Positions 37,201 to 54,118 of a DNA stretch of 64,000 nt are shown here, piece by piece (the stretch's first letter is position 1; the number at the start of each line of letters is the position of its first letter). A program made the position numbers and the translations under genes. Source of the DNA: Cyanophora paradoxa CCMP329 (Eukaryota > Plantae > Glaucophyta); assembly GCA_004431415.1 (NCBI GenBank), contig QPMI01000478.1:1-64000 (forward strand), written 5' to 3'. The notes below the pieces were generated by a model. The model was not told the origin of the DNA, ran no database searches, and was given only the letters and a program-made list of their open reading frames with translations.

Positions 37201-40200
37201 CACCGTGCCTCTTGGCCCGGATCGGCCAGTCGCCGGCACTCGAAAGCACCGACTTCAAGACCCCCGTGACGTCCATTCCTTCTGCCGCGAGCTTCGGAGG
37301 CTATTCAGTCAGCGCGGACGGGCTCGGCGGCCAAGACTTTACTTTCACGCCGGCTTGGCTTCGGTCGTCCGCGACAATCGCGGTATCATACGACGATGCC
37401 GTCCAGCCGACGTGGCCCGATGTTCAGGTCGACAGCAGCCCTGCCACGGTCGTCTATGTAGGGGGCGCCCTCTCCACGAGCACCGCCCGCGTCGCTGTCA
37501 ACACAACCGCCTCGTTTTCGATCGAAGCCAAAGTCAACGGATCGAAGCTGGAGCTTTCTGACATCGACCCGCTTTCCTTCGATCCCGACGTTGTTGGCGA
37601 CTCGGGAGAGCGTCTTTCCGAGGACGTAACCAACTCGGGCTTGGCGTACACGTACCGGTTGGCGGCGCCGGGCCTGGCGACCATCTCTGCGGCGTACGCG
37701 TCCATTATCGGAGGCGGAGCGGTCGACGGCGCGCCTTTGGTGTCCGTGCTCAGCGCGTCGCTGACGTGCTCGAGTTCCCGCGCGGCTGTTGGATCTGTCA
37801 TCACGTGCAATATTGCGAGGGTTGGTGCCTCACCGGAATTCCTTGCGAGCGAGCTCGTCCTGGCCGTTAGCCCCTCCAGCGTCGCCACTGTCTCGGCCCT
37901 CGAGAATTCCACGGACCCCGACTATCAGTTTACGTTCACGGTCTCGATCGGGTCGGCTGTGGAAGATGCAAGCATTTCCGTCACCTACGCCGCTTCCATC
38001 GACGTAGACACACGTAACATTGCAGGCTCGCCGCACGCATTTGTTGCCATCGGTGCGGCCTGCAAACTCTTGTCTCAAGTTATGTGCAGAGTCTGAATTT
38101 CGATTTGGCGCCAGGGGCAACGCTCTCTTGCTCTCCACTCCGTTTGCGAGTTGGAGCGTTGTCTGTGTGCGAGGCTGCGGAAATCGCTGACAGCCCCCAG
38201 CTTCAGGAAGACGACTTGATGTGGGTATCTAACGCAGCTGGCACGTACAGCAGCGTTTACCGGAAGGACAGCGGAGCTCTCGCAGTCAATTTCACAGCGT
38301 CCTCCGTGACGGACGGCTCGGGCGCTTTCTTAGTGGTCCGACCTGCAATTTGTTCTCTGCCTTTTGTCTGTCGAGGCAGCGCTATTGATATATTGATATA
38401 AACTCCGACAGCTGCGCTACTCTTCCGATCGGGATCCTGCGACGGCTGTCATTGGCAATCTTACTGTTTTCGTTATCGACATGACTGTCTCCTGCACGCA
38501 TGCGCGTGTTGTGCCAGGTGTGACCATCAATTGCACCGCTACACGAGTTGCTGGTAGCGCCGCCATCGCTACCACCGACGTTCAGCCTGCGTACTCCGAG
38601 CCATTGGATGCGGCAACTCCCTCTGCTTGGACGGAGATCGGAAGTGCGGCGGACCCGCAGCTGTTCTTGACGTTCACCTCGGTCACGCCGGGAAGCGCCA
38701 CCCTTTACTTCCCATCGGAGGGCGAGGTCGGGCCGTCGTCAAAGAACCACTCGCTTGATATCGTTGCAGCCGATCTCGCGTGCGACCGCTCGCGCTTGGC
38801 CCTGAACGGCACCACTGTGTGCACGCTGGCGCGGACGGGCAGCTCTCCAGCGCTGACCGTGGATGACTTCGAAGCCCTCTCTGTCGCCCCGACCGGCGTT
38901 GGAATCTTGTCTGCACTCTCCGAAACGGACGACGGCGCCGGCAACGTTTTCTTCACGTACCGAGCCACGGACCCTACGACCAGCCAGACCGTGTTCGACG
39001 TCCACTATGCAGCAGCGATCGACCCGTCGACAATGGCCGTGCCTCGAGATGTTCCGGCAGCAGCAGTTGTGCTCTCGGCGACCATCCACTGCACTCCCGA
39101 CCGGCTCGCCATCCGCGCGCCTTTCACGTGCACCCTCGCCCCTGGGAACGACACTTGGCCCGTTCTGGAACCCACTGACTTTGCACCGCTTGCCATTTCT
39201 CCTGCGGGGGCGCAATTCAGCGCTATCTCTTCGATATCAGACGGAAAAGTGAACTTTGACGTGGCCGTGACCGCCCAGTCGCTGTACCCGAACCTCACAA
39301 TCTTCTGGGGGTCTACCGTGCACGATCTGCCCGACATCCTAGCAGTCCCGCCGACTCCTCTGACGGTTCTGAGCGCGAATGTGTCCTGCTCGAGCAGTCG
39401 CCAGACGGTTGGCGCGACCATTTCGTGCGAAATCGAGAGCCTGGACACGTCCCCCAAGCTAGAGCTCCAGGAATTCACGATTTCAATCGAGCCACCAGTC
39501 GGTGAAATATCGGCCGCCATCGAGTCGAATGCAACCTCGAGCTCCAGCCGTCGCCGGCACATCCTCGAGACGAGCGGGTTGTATACGTTTACAATCAAAG
39601 TGCGGATCTTTTGAACGCTAAAATAAAAATGCAATTATAGATTTCTAACAAACGGCACGCAGATCACGAACCTGACGGATGGGGCGAGAATCAGCGTGCG
39701 ATATGCCGCGGCCATCGATCCCGAACAGAAGGTCCTCCAGGACGAGGCGCTGCCCCTCGTGTCGATCGGTCTGTGACGCTTGCGTTTCTATATCACGGCT
39801 CCAATTGCAAGCTGAAGGTTTTGATTCGCAGGCGGCGACCTGACGTGCTGGAACTTGCGGCGTCGTCTCGGGGCGATCACGGAATGCGAAGTCAAGAAGT
39901 TAAACGGCAGCGCGGACTTGCTCCCTTCGGACGTAAACAGGCTCCCGTGCGCCGCAGGCAAGTACACGGATATCAGCACAGTATCCGGGGGCGGCCTCTC
40001 TTTCACGTTGATCGCGGATGCCGTGACTTCCGACGAGGGAGAGAGCCTCGTCGTCCAATACGCACCAGCGGTCGACCCGACGGAAGCCCAGCTCGGGCCT
40101 GCGTTCAACGTTGTTGTCATTAACGCCGCATTCGCGTGCACGAAGTCGCGCATCGCGGCTTACTCGGCCTTTAACTGCTCGGTCACCGCTCCTCCGTCCA

Positions 40201-43200
40201 GCGCGTCTACCCCGACCTTGCTCTTGTCTGACTTCGACTCGGAAGCACCGTCCGCTCCTCTGGGTTATGTCGTGGGCCCCAGCTGGGCGCGCACAGCCGA
40301 CAACACGTTTACTCGTCAGTTCACGGGGGCTGTCGCCTCGTCGACGGTGCTCCACCTGCGGTGGGCGGAGAGCGTCGGCGGCGGAGGCGCTAACGTGACA
40401 GTTGATGTTGTCGAGGCTCGAATTGTATGCCCAGCGCGGCGGGCCGTCGGCGCGACAGCTGCCTGCCTTCTAGAACGCCTTGGCGCGTCGCCAGCGCTGC
40501 AGGCATCCGACTTCGCGGCACCGGTCGCGGCCCCGGCGGGCTTCGGCACTTTTGGCGCTCTCATAGTGGACGCTTCCGGGAACGTCGCTTTGCCATACAC
40601 GACATCAAGCTTGACTCCCGCGACCGAGATTACAGTTGTCTATTCCTCTGCTGTAGACGACCGGTCAGCTCCAGTGAATGGCTCCGGCATTAGCATTGCC
40701 ACACTCGGCGCCGGGTTTTCTTGCCCGCAACGCCGCGCTGTCGGCTCTGCCATCTTGTGCACACTCGTTGCCGCCAGCGGCTCCGCCCAATTCCAGGATG
40801 GAGATCTGCTTGCCGCCTCCTACGAGCCCGCGGCATCCATCGCAGAGGCCATCGTTTCCGTGAACGGCTCTTCCGCCGTTCTCAGCGCGAAGTTGGTCGC
40901 TTCGGCCCTTTCTGTTCGCGTCACACCGCGATGGAGCGCTGCACTGGCGACCGATGATCTTGTGGCTATGTCGTCTGTAGCCGCTTCGGTCGGCGTCGTA
41001 GGTCTGCTTGCCCGTCGTTCATGTTCAGTGATCGTGACTGATCGTGCGCCGCTCGCGATCGCAGACGCAACCTTGAAGTGCGACAACAGCGCCAGCATGG
41101 AGTACGGAAGCAGCATCGCCTGCTACGCTGAGCCTGTGGCGCCATCTGAGATCCTGCTGGCGGACTTCCAGGCGCCGTCACTAGTCATGGCCGCGAAATA
41201 CGTGACAATGACAGCGCTCGCACCCGCCTCGGATGGGCGCTTTGTGTTTACGCTCACCGGCCAGCGCATCACCGAGGAGAACATCGCTACAGTGGGCATC
41301 AGCTACACAGAAGCCATCGATCCGTTCGCGAGCCCCGTGCGAGGGTCGCCAATGCGCTTCTACGTCAATCGCGTCACAAGTGCCGAGGGCGCGATGAGTG
41401 TCGTCAGCGCGCGGTTCGCAAACGACGGATACGAAATCTCAATTGTATTCTCTATTGCCAGCTTGAGCAGTACCGCAACCGTGCCCGCGTCCGCTTATTT
41501 CTCGGAGGAAAGCGTTGCAGCTCTCGGGCAGTTCTCTACGTGCTCCTGGACATCAGCGAACACGCTGACGTGCCAGACTTCCGCGGACGCCACACTCCTT
41601 CCGAAGTCCGGCATCGTGGTTTCCGTGCCCATCCTTGCTGCAGATGGCTCCGGCCGCTCCTTCACTGGACCCGTTGTCATTGACGAGCCGCTCGTGCCTC
41701 TGATCCCTTCTCTGAGTGTGGATGCCGCCCCAAGCATCCCTTCGTGCCGCCCGATTATAGTGAGCGTGGTGAAGACCTTTGGCTTGTCTGTTCGTCCTGG
41801 TCGCTTCCAGTGGAGCTGCGCCGACAACGATACATGCGCCATTTCGCCGCGCGTTCAAGAGGCGATCGATGCAGCGAACGCAAACAACAGCAACCAGCTC
41901 TCCATTCCCGTTGAGGCTCCAGCGGACAAGACCTATCGCTTCGGGATCGCGATCTCAAACTTCTTCGGTGCAGTCAGTGAACAGACCATCGTATCTGTGT
42001 ACAAGGTATGCATACGCAGGCTCTAGATCTATAGCGCGAGCAGTTATGCCAGCACTGTCTTTCGTTCGATTGACATGCGCACCCTCTTTCGCACGATCAG
42101 TCTGCCGGCTTGGTAAGACATACTCCTCTTTTTTCGCCTTTCTATTCTAAATCTGATGGGCGGTTGTCAGCCTCCTTCTCTATTGATCGATGGCGGGTCA
42201 ACTGTTTACACGAGAACCACAGCCCCGACTACAATCAAGTTAGTGGTTTAAATTTCTTATGACGCATGCGTAATTCCAGCTGACGTTAACGTTGCGACAG
42301 GGCAATCGCACTCCGGACGCAATGCGAAACGGTAGGCTTATTTATATGACATTTCAACTGCTATTTGAATGCGTTGAGCACCTCTAAATACACTGTTTTA
42401 CACAGGACGATCCAGCGTTGCTTTCAGCATTGACGTCAGCCCAGCGCTCGGAAGGTACGGTCTGCTGTCCAGCTCTATTGTTAGTTCCGCGCACGTACCC
42501 GAGCTTGAATTGTAAGCCGGTTTATACGTGCAGGCATCGAAGTGCGCTGGGCCTTGCCTCCGAAGCTGCAGGCCTTGGCTCCGTCGACGGTCGACCTCAC
42601 CCGGCCTACGCTCGCCATCCCGCGGGGGACGCTGCCGCCGGGAGAGTCTTTCACCCTGACAATGACAGCCACGGACCAGAAGCAGAATCCGCCAACTAAA
42701 TCGACAATCAGCGTCGAAGTCGTCGTCCTGGAGCAGCAGCTGCAGGCCGTCATCACTGGCGGAGATCGCGTTGTTCCGCCGTTCGATCCGCTCGAACTCT
42801 CCGCGGGCTCCTCCCGCGATCCCGACTACGAGGACGGCAGCGCGGCCCCCGGAACGGCGTCGAAGCTTTCCTACACGTGGACAGCCCTTGACGCCTCCGG
42901 CAAGGCAGTCTACACGTCGCCCCGCAGCACGGACCCCTCACTCTCCGTCACTCCGTCCGATGCAGGTAAAATGCCCTAAAGCCGATTACTAGTAGTCATT
43001 AGCATTTCTCAACGTTCTTGCAGGCTTGCAGCAGGGGACTGCGTACACGCTCGTTCTCTTTGTGGAAGCGGAGCGCGCGGGGGTACTCCCGTCCTTATCT
43101 TACGCGAACGCCACGGCATCTACCGTCCTCCGCGTCGGCGCGGGCTCCACGCCCGTGGTCCAGGTCCGCGTTCTGATTCGAATTCCCTGACCAGCTGCAG

Positions 43201-46200
43201 ACCGGCGTTCGCGACAGATCACCAGCACGCGCCCGGCTGACACGTTGTTTGCAACCAAGTTCCCCATCCAAATCCGCTGCCAGGCGCACCAGACGGGTAA
43301 CGCCAACTCTGACCGCGACATGGTCTTCGCTTGGAGCGCGCCGAACGGCGAGCCCGAGCTGGCGAACATATCGACGCTCGCTTCGCGCTCAATCCAGGAC
43401 TCTAACTCCGTCTCAACTCTGTCGCTGACCGAGAAGTCGGGCATCGAGCTCAAAGCAGATCGGATCTACATCATTCGATGCTCTGCTTACACTCAAGCCG
43501 GCGGCATCGCTTTCGCTGGTGAGGCTGTTCCCATTGTTTCCAATCGAAACGCTGACGTCAACTGGTTTTCTTAAGGTTCTCAAGACGTTTCTGTTCGAAT
43601 CATTTCCGGTTCGTGGCTTCAGTCGATCGCGAAGAATCATAGGATATGCATAAGTATTCCGAGCTCACGTTAAAGCAGGCCCGAAACCAGGCGATTGTTC
43701 GGTGGATCCTCTTGCCGGCATCGCGTTGGAGACACCATTTGTCGTAACGTGCTCTGGTTGGACAACGAGCTACTCCTCCGAGGCGACGCTTCGTTATCAG
43801 CTCAAGGTGTGATCGAGACCCGCGGCCGCGCGATCTGGTGCAATTTCAGTGTGGAAGGCTGATCGTGATGTGGCGCAGATGGTTTCTTCTGGCGGCGAGC
43901 TGGTGACAATCACGCAGCCGCAGCCTCCGGCTGTGATGAGAACGTGCGTCGCTTCTTCCGTCGTGTCACTTCTGTTTAGAGCTGAACGAGCCGGCGCTTG
44001 ACCTTCTCGATCAGGACGTTGCCCGCTAACGAGGGAGGCACCGGCAACCTAACCCTCGTCATTGTTGTCGTTGATGAGTTCGGATCGGAAACCGGTGCGC
44101 ATTGGCTTCGTTCAAAGCTCGCTTATGCTGACGGAAAGTGCGCACTGCGTAGAGCACCGGACAAACGTCGCTGTGCGGAGCCAGCTTCTGGAGGCCCTGG
44201 CGGGCTCTCTTGCTGCTGGAGACGAGACGAAGACTCAGCAGCTGGCGAAGGATTCGATCGCAACGCTCCTAAAGCAGGCGGGCAGCGCGATCGCCGCGAC
44301 CGAGGGCGACGGGGACCGCGAGGGGATGATCGGCGCCACTGTCAACGCCGCCTTGATGGTCGCCAATGTAATGAACAAGGGTGCGCTAGATCTAGAGCTG
44401 CGCGCAGCGCCTGCGGACGCTCTACGACGAGATCGCTGATCTATAGCTTCTCTCGCAGCCTTCGCCACATCCAAGGACCCCACCGTGGCGCTGACGAAGA
44501 TCGATGATGCCGACGGGACCATTCAATCGCTCCTAGCCCCGCTCATCAAGGCGGTTAAGAAGATTACGAGCTCAAACGACACCACAAAGGGCGAGGTAGG
44601 TTGAAATATTAAATACCTCTCAAATTAGGGGGCGTCGGACGTTCGCCGGGTCGCGATCGGGCGTCTGAGCGCGTGCGTGCGGTCGCAGATTTTCCAGACG
44701 ATGTCCGCTGTGTCAGTTCTCGCCGAAGTTGTTGTCCGGTGAGCGATACCAGAACTGAAATGATGGGAGGGCTTGAAGTTTTTACCGGTGCACGTGCCTT
44801 TCCTACAGGACCTCGACTCAGGACGTCCAGGCACAACTAGCGGAGCTGCTGAGAATTCTCGTCGACACGCTTCACGACTGCACGTATCTGGACGAGGCCA
44901 AAGGCATGATTATGAAAACTACGGACGCGTTTGTCGGGTGAGTAAATAATCTGCGATGTTGACGCTCTCCTGCGCTTGCACTGCAATTTACTCACTGTTT
45001 TATCAGATCCCCTGACTGGACCCGGTTGTCGGGCATCGTCCAAGGCATCCTGGATCGCTTCATTGAACGCGCGCTCTCGTGCACCGCGTGCGGCACGGGC
45101 GATGAGATGGCGAGCTCGAAGCGAATCACGCTCGTCTTTGGCCGCGTCTGCTTCTCCACGGCTTCAGCGTCCAACACCATGGCCATCAATACGAATGGCG
45201 AAGGCGGGCAGGTTTCCATTCCTTCGGAGCTTCAGGCGCTGGCCCAGAAGACCTTGGGGAAGACCACAGACGGCTTGCCTTTCAAGTTCTCGACGTTCAA
45301 GGTCCGCATAACTTTATATTCCGACTTCGTGCCCGGGTGTTGACTCCGCACCAGCGCAATCCGTTTGAGGACTCTATCAACGTTAACAGTTCGGCTTCAT
45401 AGTGCGTTCCGAATGAAAAAAATATAATTTCTTATACGTTGTGTCCTCTAATGCTCCATCAGCAACATGTCGCGTCGCGCTGGGGTCGTCGACATGGAAA
45501 TTCCCGGATTTCCCGTCTCCGGCCTTTCCGAGCGCATCCGCTTCCGCTTCCTGCTCTCGAACGGGTCCGCTCTTGATTATATGTATATCAACATATAAAT
45601 CTTATGTCACCATTTGCATTCTCCGCGCGTTCTTTGACGCCGTCTGCGCAGCACCGCGCCTGAGCTCCCCTTGGACCTTGTATTCTTCAACAAGACTGCC
45701 GGAACGTGGCAGCGGTGCTCCAACGTCACTATCGAGATTCGGGGCACTGCGTACTACGGAATCGGCTCGTGCGACCACCTAACGCCCTTCGTGCGCACAC
45801 ACCACGCGCGATCCTGTATCGACTTGCCACAGAATGCTCACATCGGATTCCTTGCGAAAACGCGCAGACCGTCGGCGCGCCGCCTGCCGGGACCGACGTC
45901 CTGCAGGCCCCGATCCGCGGCGAAATTGTCGCCTCGTCGCAGAATTCCGAGATTCCTGCCAGCAGCAGCGTGAACCTCGGCGCGGCGATCGCTGTCCCGG
46001 TCGTGCTCGGCATGCTCGCCATCGTCGCCGTGTCGGTCTTCGTCGTGTATCGCCACATCAAGAAGCGCGTGCACATGGTTCCGCCGGGAGGCTTCGTCCC
46101 CGTCGTCCCTGGCGCCGCGGAGGGCTGGAGACAGCGCGCGCTTTCGCCCCGCGGCGGGGCTCCGGTGGGTGCTTACGCCGTCGAACCGGATATCGAGGGC

Positions 46201-46296
46201 GGCCATGCGTACGGACGCGGCTCAACGGCAGCTCTGTCGGGGCCGTATGCCGCCCCGCAGCAAGCCCGCCGTCAACCCCTGCATATTGTCGTCTAA
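10209..46296 (+). CDS. Giant multi-exon type-I cell-surface protein: signal-like segment, dozens of two-Cys filamin/Ig-like repeats, PKD/REJ-like module, GAIN/GPS motif, single TM helix, short cytoplasmic tail
   Basis: Hydrophobic N-terminal segment CIPALLAVALVLLAAGSPVQAT (~10457-10523). Continuous + strand exons separated by short GT(GC)-AG introns carry the recurring module LSC-x2-4-R-x3-G-x4-C...SP-x-L-x3-DF...G-x-L-x-FTF. REJ-like LAIPRGTLPPGESFTLTMTA...LQAVITGGDR...LELSAGSSRDPD...LSYTWT (42.6-42.9 kb) and PKPGDCSVDPLAGIALETPFVVTCSGWT (~43680-43763). GPS FFNKTAGTWQRC...GSCDHLTPF (45683-45790). TM LGAAIAVPVVLGMLAIVAVSVFVVY followed by RHIKKR; stop at 46294-46296. The start codon and single-gene status are inferred. 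Confidence 0.8.
28620..34300 (+). repeat. Four-copy higher-order (~400 aa) tandem repeat within the giant protein
   Basis: Recurring landmarks FG (28752), FGPALDFS (30276), YGPALDFS (31557), FGPAIDFS (33050). Each is followed by L-x-C...G-x-F-x-F[TS]C, LSC-x-P-x-R[VI]A-x-G[DE], V-x-x-[IV]-x-C-x-PG-x-R, and [FW]KYG in the first three units. Confidence 0.85.
42230..44100 (+). other. PKD/REJ-like module of the giant protein
   Basis: REJ-type motifs (L-x-I-P-x-G-T-L; V-I-x-G-G; L-x-L-x-A-x-x-S-x-D-P-D; Y-x-W; P-x-x-G-x-C-x-V-x-P-x-x-G-x-A-L-x-T-x-F-x-V-x-C-S-G-W), recognised by eye rather than by HMM. Confidence 0.75.
45683..45790 (+). other. GPS autoproteolysis motif (C-terminal end of a GAIN domain)
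   Basis: FFNKTAGTWQRCSNVTIEIRGTAYYGIGSCDHL|TPF matches the GPS pattern W-x-x-C...C-x-H-L|T-x-F; the codons for CDHLTPF lie at 45770-45790. Confidence 0.75.
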
Positions 46297-47172
46297 GGAT
46301 TTCCGTCCTATCGGATCATGTATATTCTGTAGTCAAGATCAGGTAGAACTAAAACCATTATTGTTCTTTCTTTCGACTTTCGTTTTGCTTCCATGGTATT
46401 AATATTCGAGTCTTGCCTGTTTGGCGACACGCCACGTATATTTCGAATTCTGCCTAGAATGTAGGACCCGTGTATACGTACGAATAAACATATTTTGATC
46501 AAGCTATATAGATAGAATTGTCGTTTCATGATCACCAGCGCGTGCGCTGCGTGCACAGACTTCGGCTTTTTCACGATATATAGTACTACGATAGCGGCTT
46601 TTTCCTCCGGCTTTCTGCTTTTAATTTCCGATCCTCTGCCGTCCTTCGCCACGGTGGACCATGAATATGTACGAATTAAACATGTGAGTTGGCAAAGAGC
46701 GAAAGAACACCCAGGTCTCAGAATAATCGAGAGGGGGATACAGAGTGCACTTGTATGTTCTCTGGGATAAATATTGAAGATTCATGCAAGAACGGACCTG
46801 CTACATGCAGCTTGACCATGTCACCCGTGGTTTTGCTGCCGCTTCGAAGAGGCATGCGAAACTTCGAAGGGGCGCAATTCCAAATGATGCGAAGGTACGA
46901 AGTGCGATATCGATCATGCTCAGACTCAGTCATGCGAAAATGCTAAGGGGAGCAGATTATTGTTTCATACAAGGCCATCAGATAGACCCTGGCCCCCGAC
47001 CCCCTGAGGGCCCCCGGCCGTGGCAGGGCTAGCGAATCGCTGCGCTACGTTACGCACTTCGAATTCAAAGCACATTTACAGTACAGTCATCAAAAGCTTT
47101 TACTTGCTCTCTAGAGCCTCGAGCTCGAACGCGTTTACTTGCAGAATTGAAAACTTTGCTAGCTAGCTATAG

Positions 47173-51994
<4,822 letters not shown>

Positions 51995-52048
51995 CGCTCG
52001 TCTTTTTTTCGAGGGGGCTGTCCGCGAGGCGGGTACACGGCAGAAGCG
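51995..52048. promoter_or_regulatory. Ultra-short bidirectional promoter / 5' UTR interval between RTCB and the SDR gene
   Basis: RTCB ATG at 51994-51992 (-) and SDR ATG at 52049 (+), leaving 54 bp between them. Confidence 0.55.
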
Positions 52049-53956
52049 ATGTCGGCGCTCTGGGACGCCTCCGGCATTTCTCCTGCCGCTGCAGGGACGT
52101 TCAGTCGAATTGCAGCGGCGGTGTGCGCCTTCCTGCTGCTGGCGACGCTGCTCCTAAGGAGCTCGAGGCGGTCTCGGAGAGCAGCGGCCTGCGACAGCCA
52201 CTGCGTCTTCGTCACAGGTGCAAGCGCTCTCAGCGTCGCTTCATCCTGCGACGACCCGCTTGCTGGCGGCGCCCTGCGGCTAGCGTCACATGGCGGGAGC
52301 GGGCGCTGACGCGTCCGGCTTTCTGGCGGCGCGGCGCCCTGCGGCTAGCGTCATATGGCGGGAGCGGGCGCTGACGCGTTTTGCCCCCGCGTACGCGCCC
52401 CGCAGGATGCTCTTCTGGCATCGGGCAAGCGATAGCGGTGTCGCTGGACGCCGCTGGCTGCAAGGTCATCGCTGGCGTGCGGCGGGCGGAGGACGGGCAG
52501 CGGCTGCAGGACGCATGTCGCTCATTAAAGTGTGAGCGCCGCGGCCTCGTCTGCGCCTCTCCGCAGCGCCCGACGGCCGGCCGGCAGACGTGATCGTCGA
52601 CGTGGCGAACCTGGATCTCGTGCGGCGGCTTCCCGAGGCGATCGCCGGAATGGTCGGAGACAGCCGCCTGTCTCTCGTGAACAACGCGGGTGCCCGCGAC
52701 GCTTGCCCGAGTGCGATCAATTTTCCCGCGGGCCGGTCCGACGAGCGCGCGCCCGCAGGCGTGATGATGCAGGGGCCGCTGGAGAGCACTGCCATCGAGG
52801 AAATGAAGCGCCTCTTTGACGTCAACGTCTTCGGCGTCTGCGCGGTCTCGCAGGCGCTCCTACCAACCATCCGGCGGACCCGCGGGCGCCTCGTCATCAT
52901 CGGTGCGCCTCGCAGGCCCTCCCGCGCGCGCCGCTCTCTCGATCTAACGGAGCCCGCGCGCAGGCTCCATCTGCGGGTTCGGCGCGCTACCCTTCTGGGG
53001 GGCGTACAGCGCCAGCAAGTTCGCGGTCGAGGGCATCGGTGCGGTACCCCGGCCTCCCTCGGCTCCGTACCCCCCTTAGCCCCTTTCTCCCGCAGCGGAT
53101 AGCCTGCGGAGGGAGCTTCGACCGCTCGGCGTCCCCGTGTCCCTGATTCAGGTCTACCCCTCTTCTCTCCCCCCCCCCCCCCCCCCCTCTTCGGTCCAGC
53201 GATCGAGAGCTGACGCCAAGCAGGCGGGCGCCGTCCGGACGCCCATGATCGGGGAAAAGGTCAGCTCAGCTGAACTCTCCGCTCGCTCGCTGATCAAATT
53301 TGAATTTGATCCGGATCAAATCTTCGAAGGTTGCGGGCGGGGAGTGGGCGGCGCTGGCGGAGCGGGCCCCCGCGTACGCGGCGGGGCTGGAGGGCTTCCG
53401 CCGCTTCTTCCTGGGCCTCCAGGGGGGCGCCTGCGAGCCGGCCCAGGCGAGCCCGTACCCCCCCACCGCCCCCCGTTTCTAGAGCCTGCCCGGCTTCTGG
53501 CCTTGTCGCATATGGGCGCTGGCCGAAGCCCTAGGGTCCCTTGGCCTTGCCTCGAGGCAAGAAGCCTCCACCGCGTCCCGCCCCTGCGCTGGGGCGCCCG
53601 CGCCGGCGCAGGTGCCTCGAGCGCGGGCGCCCTGCCCCGCCCTGGCCCGGCCTGGAGGGGAACCTTTAGAACCCGCCCTGGCCCAGCCTCTGGGTTTAGA
53701 ACCTTTAGAACCTCTGGCTGACTGCCGCGCCGCGCCGCGCCCCGCTCCCGCGCTGACCGCCTGCGCAGGTCGCGGACGCGGTGGCGGAGGCCCTCCTCTG
53801 CGCCGGCCAGCCCCGGGCCCGGTGCGCCCTGCCCCGCCCCGCCCCGCCCAGCTAGCTTGGCGTGGCTGTTGGCTGCTTGGCTTGCGTAGCACAGTATCCA
53901 CCTCGCCCTAAGCCTCCCCCCCCCCCCCCCCCGCCTCCCACACTCCCTCCGCCCAT

Positions 53957-53988
<32 letters not shown>

Positions 53989-54118
53989 CTCCCAAGCCCT
54001 CCTAAGCCTCCGCTCGGGCAGGTACCTTGTGGGAAGGGACGCGGGGCGGCTGCGGGCGCTCCACGCGTGGCTCGGCGACGCCGCCCTCGACCGCGTCTAC
54101 GAGCTCGCCCTCCGCTAG
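52049..54118 (+). CDS. Classical short-chain dehydrogenase/reductase (RDH/17beta-HSD-like) with N-terminal membrane anchor, multi-exon
   Basis: N-terminal hydrophobic IAAAVCAFLLLATLLL; VFVTG|CSSGIG (TGxxxGxG); LVNNAG; FDVNVFG; GRLVIIG|S; YSASK (YxxxK); SLRRELRPLGVPVSLIQ; stop TAG at 54116-54118. Confidence 0.93.

Noticed and set aside
36777-42026. Stand-alone bacterial-type adhesin/invasin genes or a horizontally acquired island (ORFs of 439, 377 and 723 aa)
   Set aside because: Each ORF is bounded by spliceosomal GT-AG signals, lacks its own start or signal peptide, and continues the same repeat series. They are large exons of the giant gene.
45683-46296. Canonical polycystin-1 (PKD1) or adhesion GPCR assignment
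   Set aside because: Only one TM helix precedes the stop, and no PLAT domain, channel-like domain or 7TM region is visible, so no gene symbol was given.
46280-46296. C-terminal HIVV as a PDZ-binding motif
   Set aside because: A four-residue hydrophobic end is too weak to support without conservation data.
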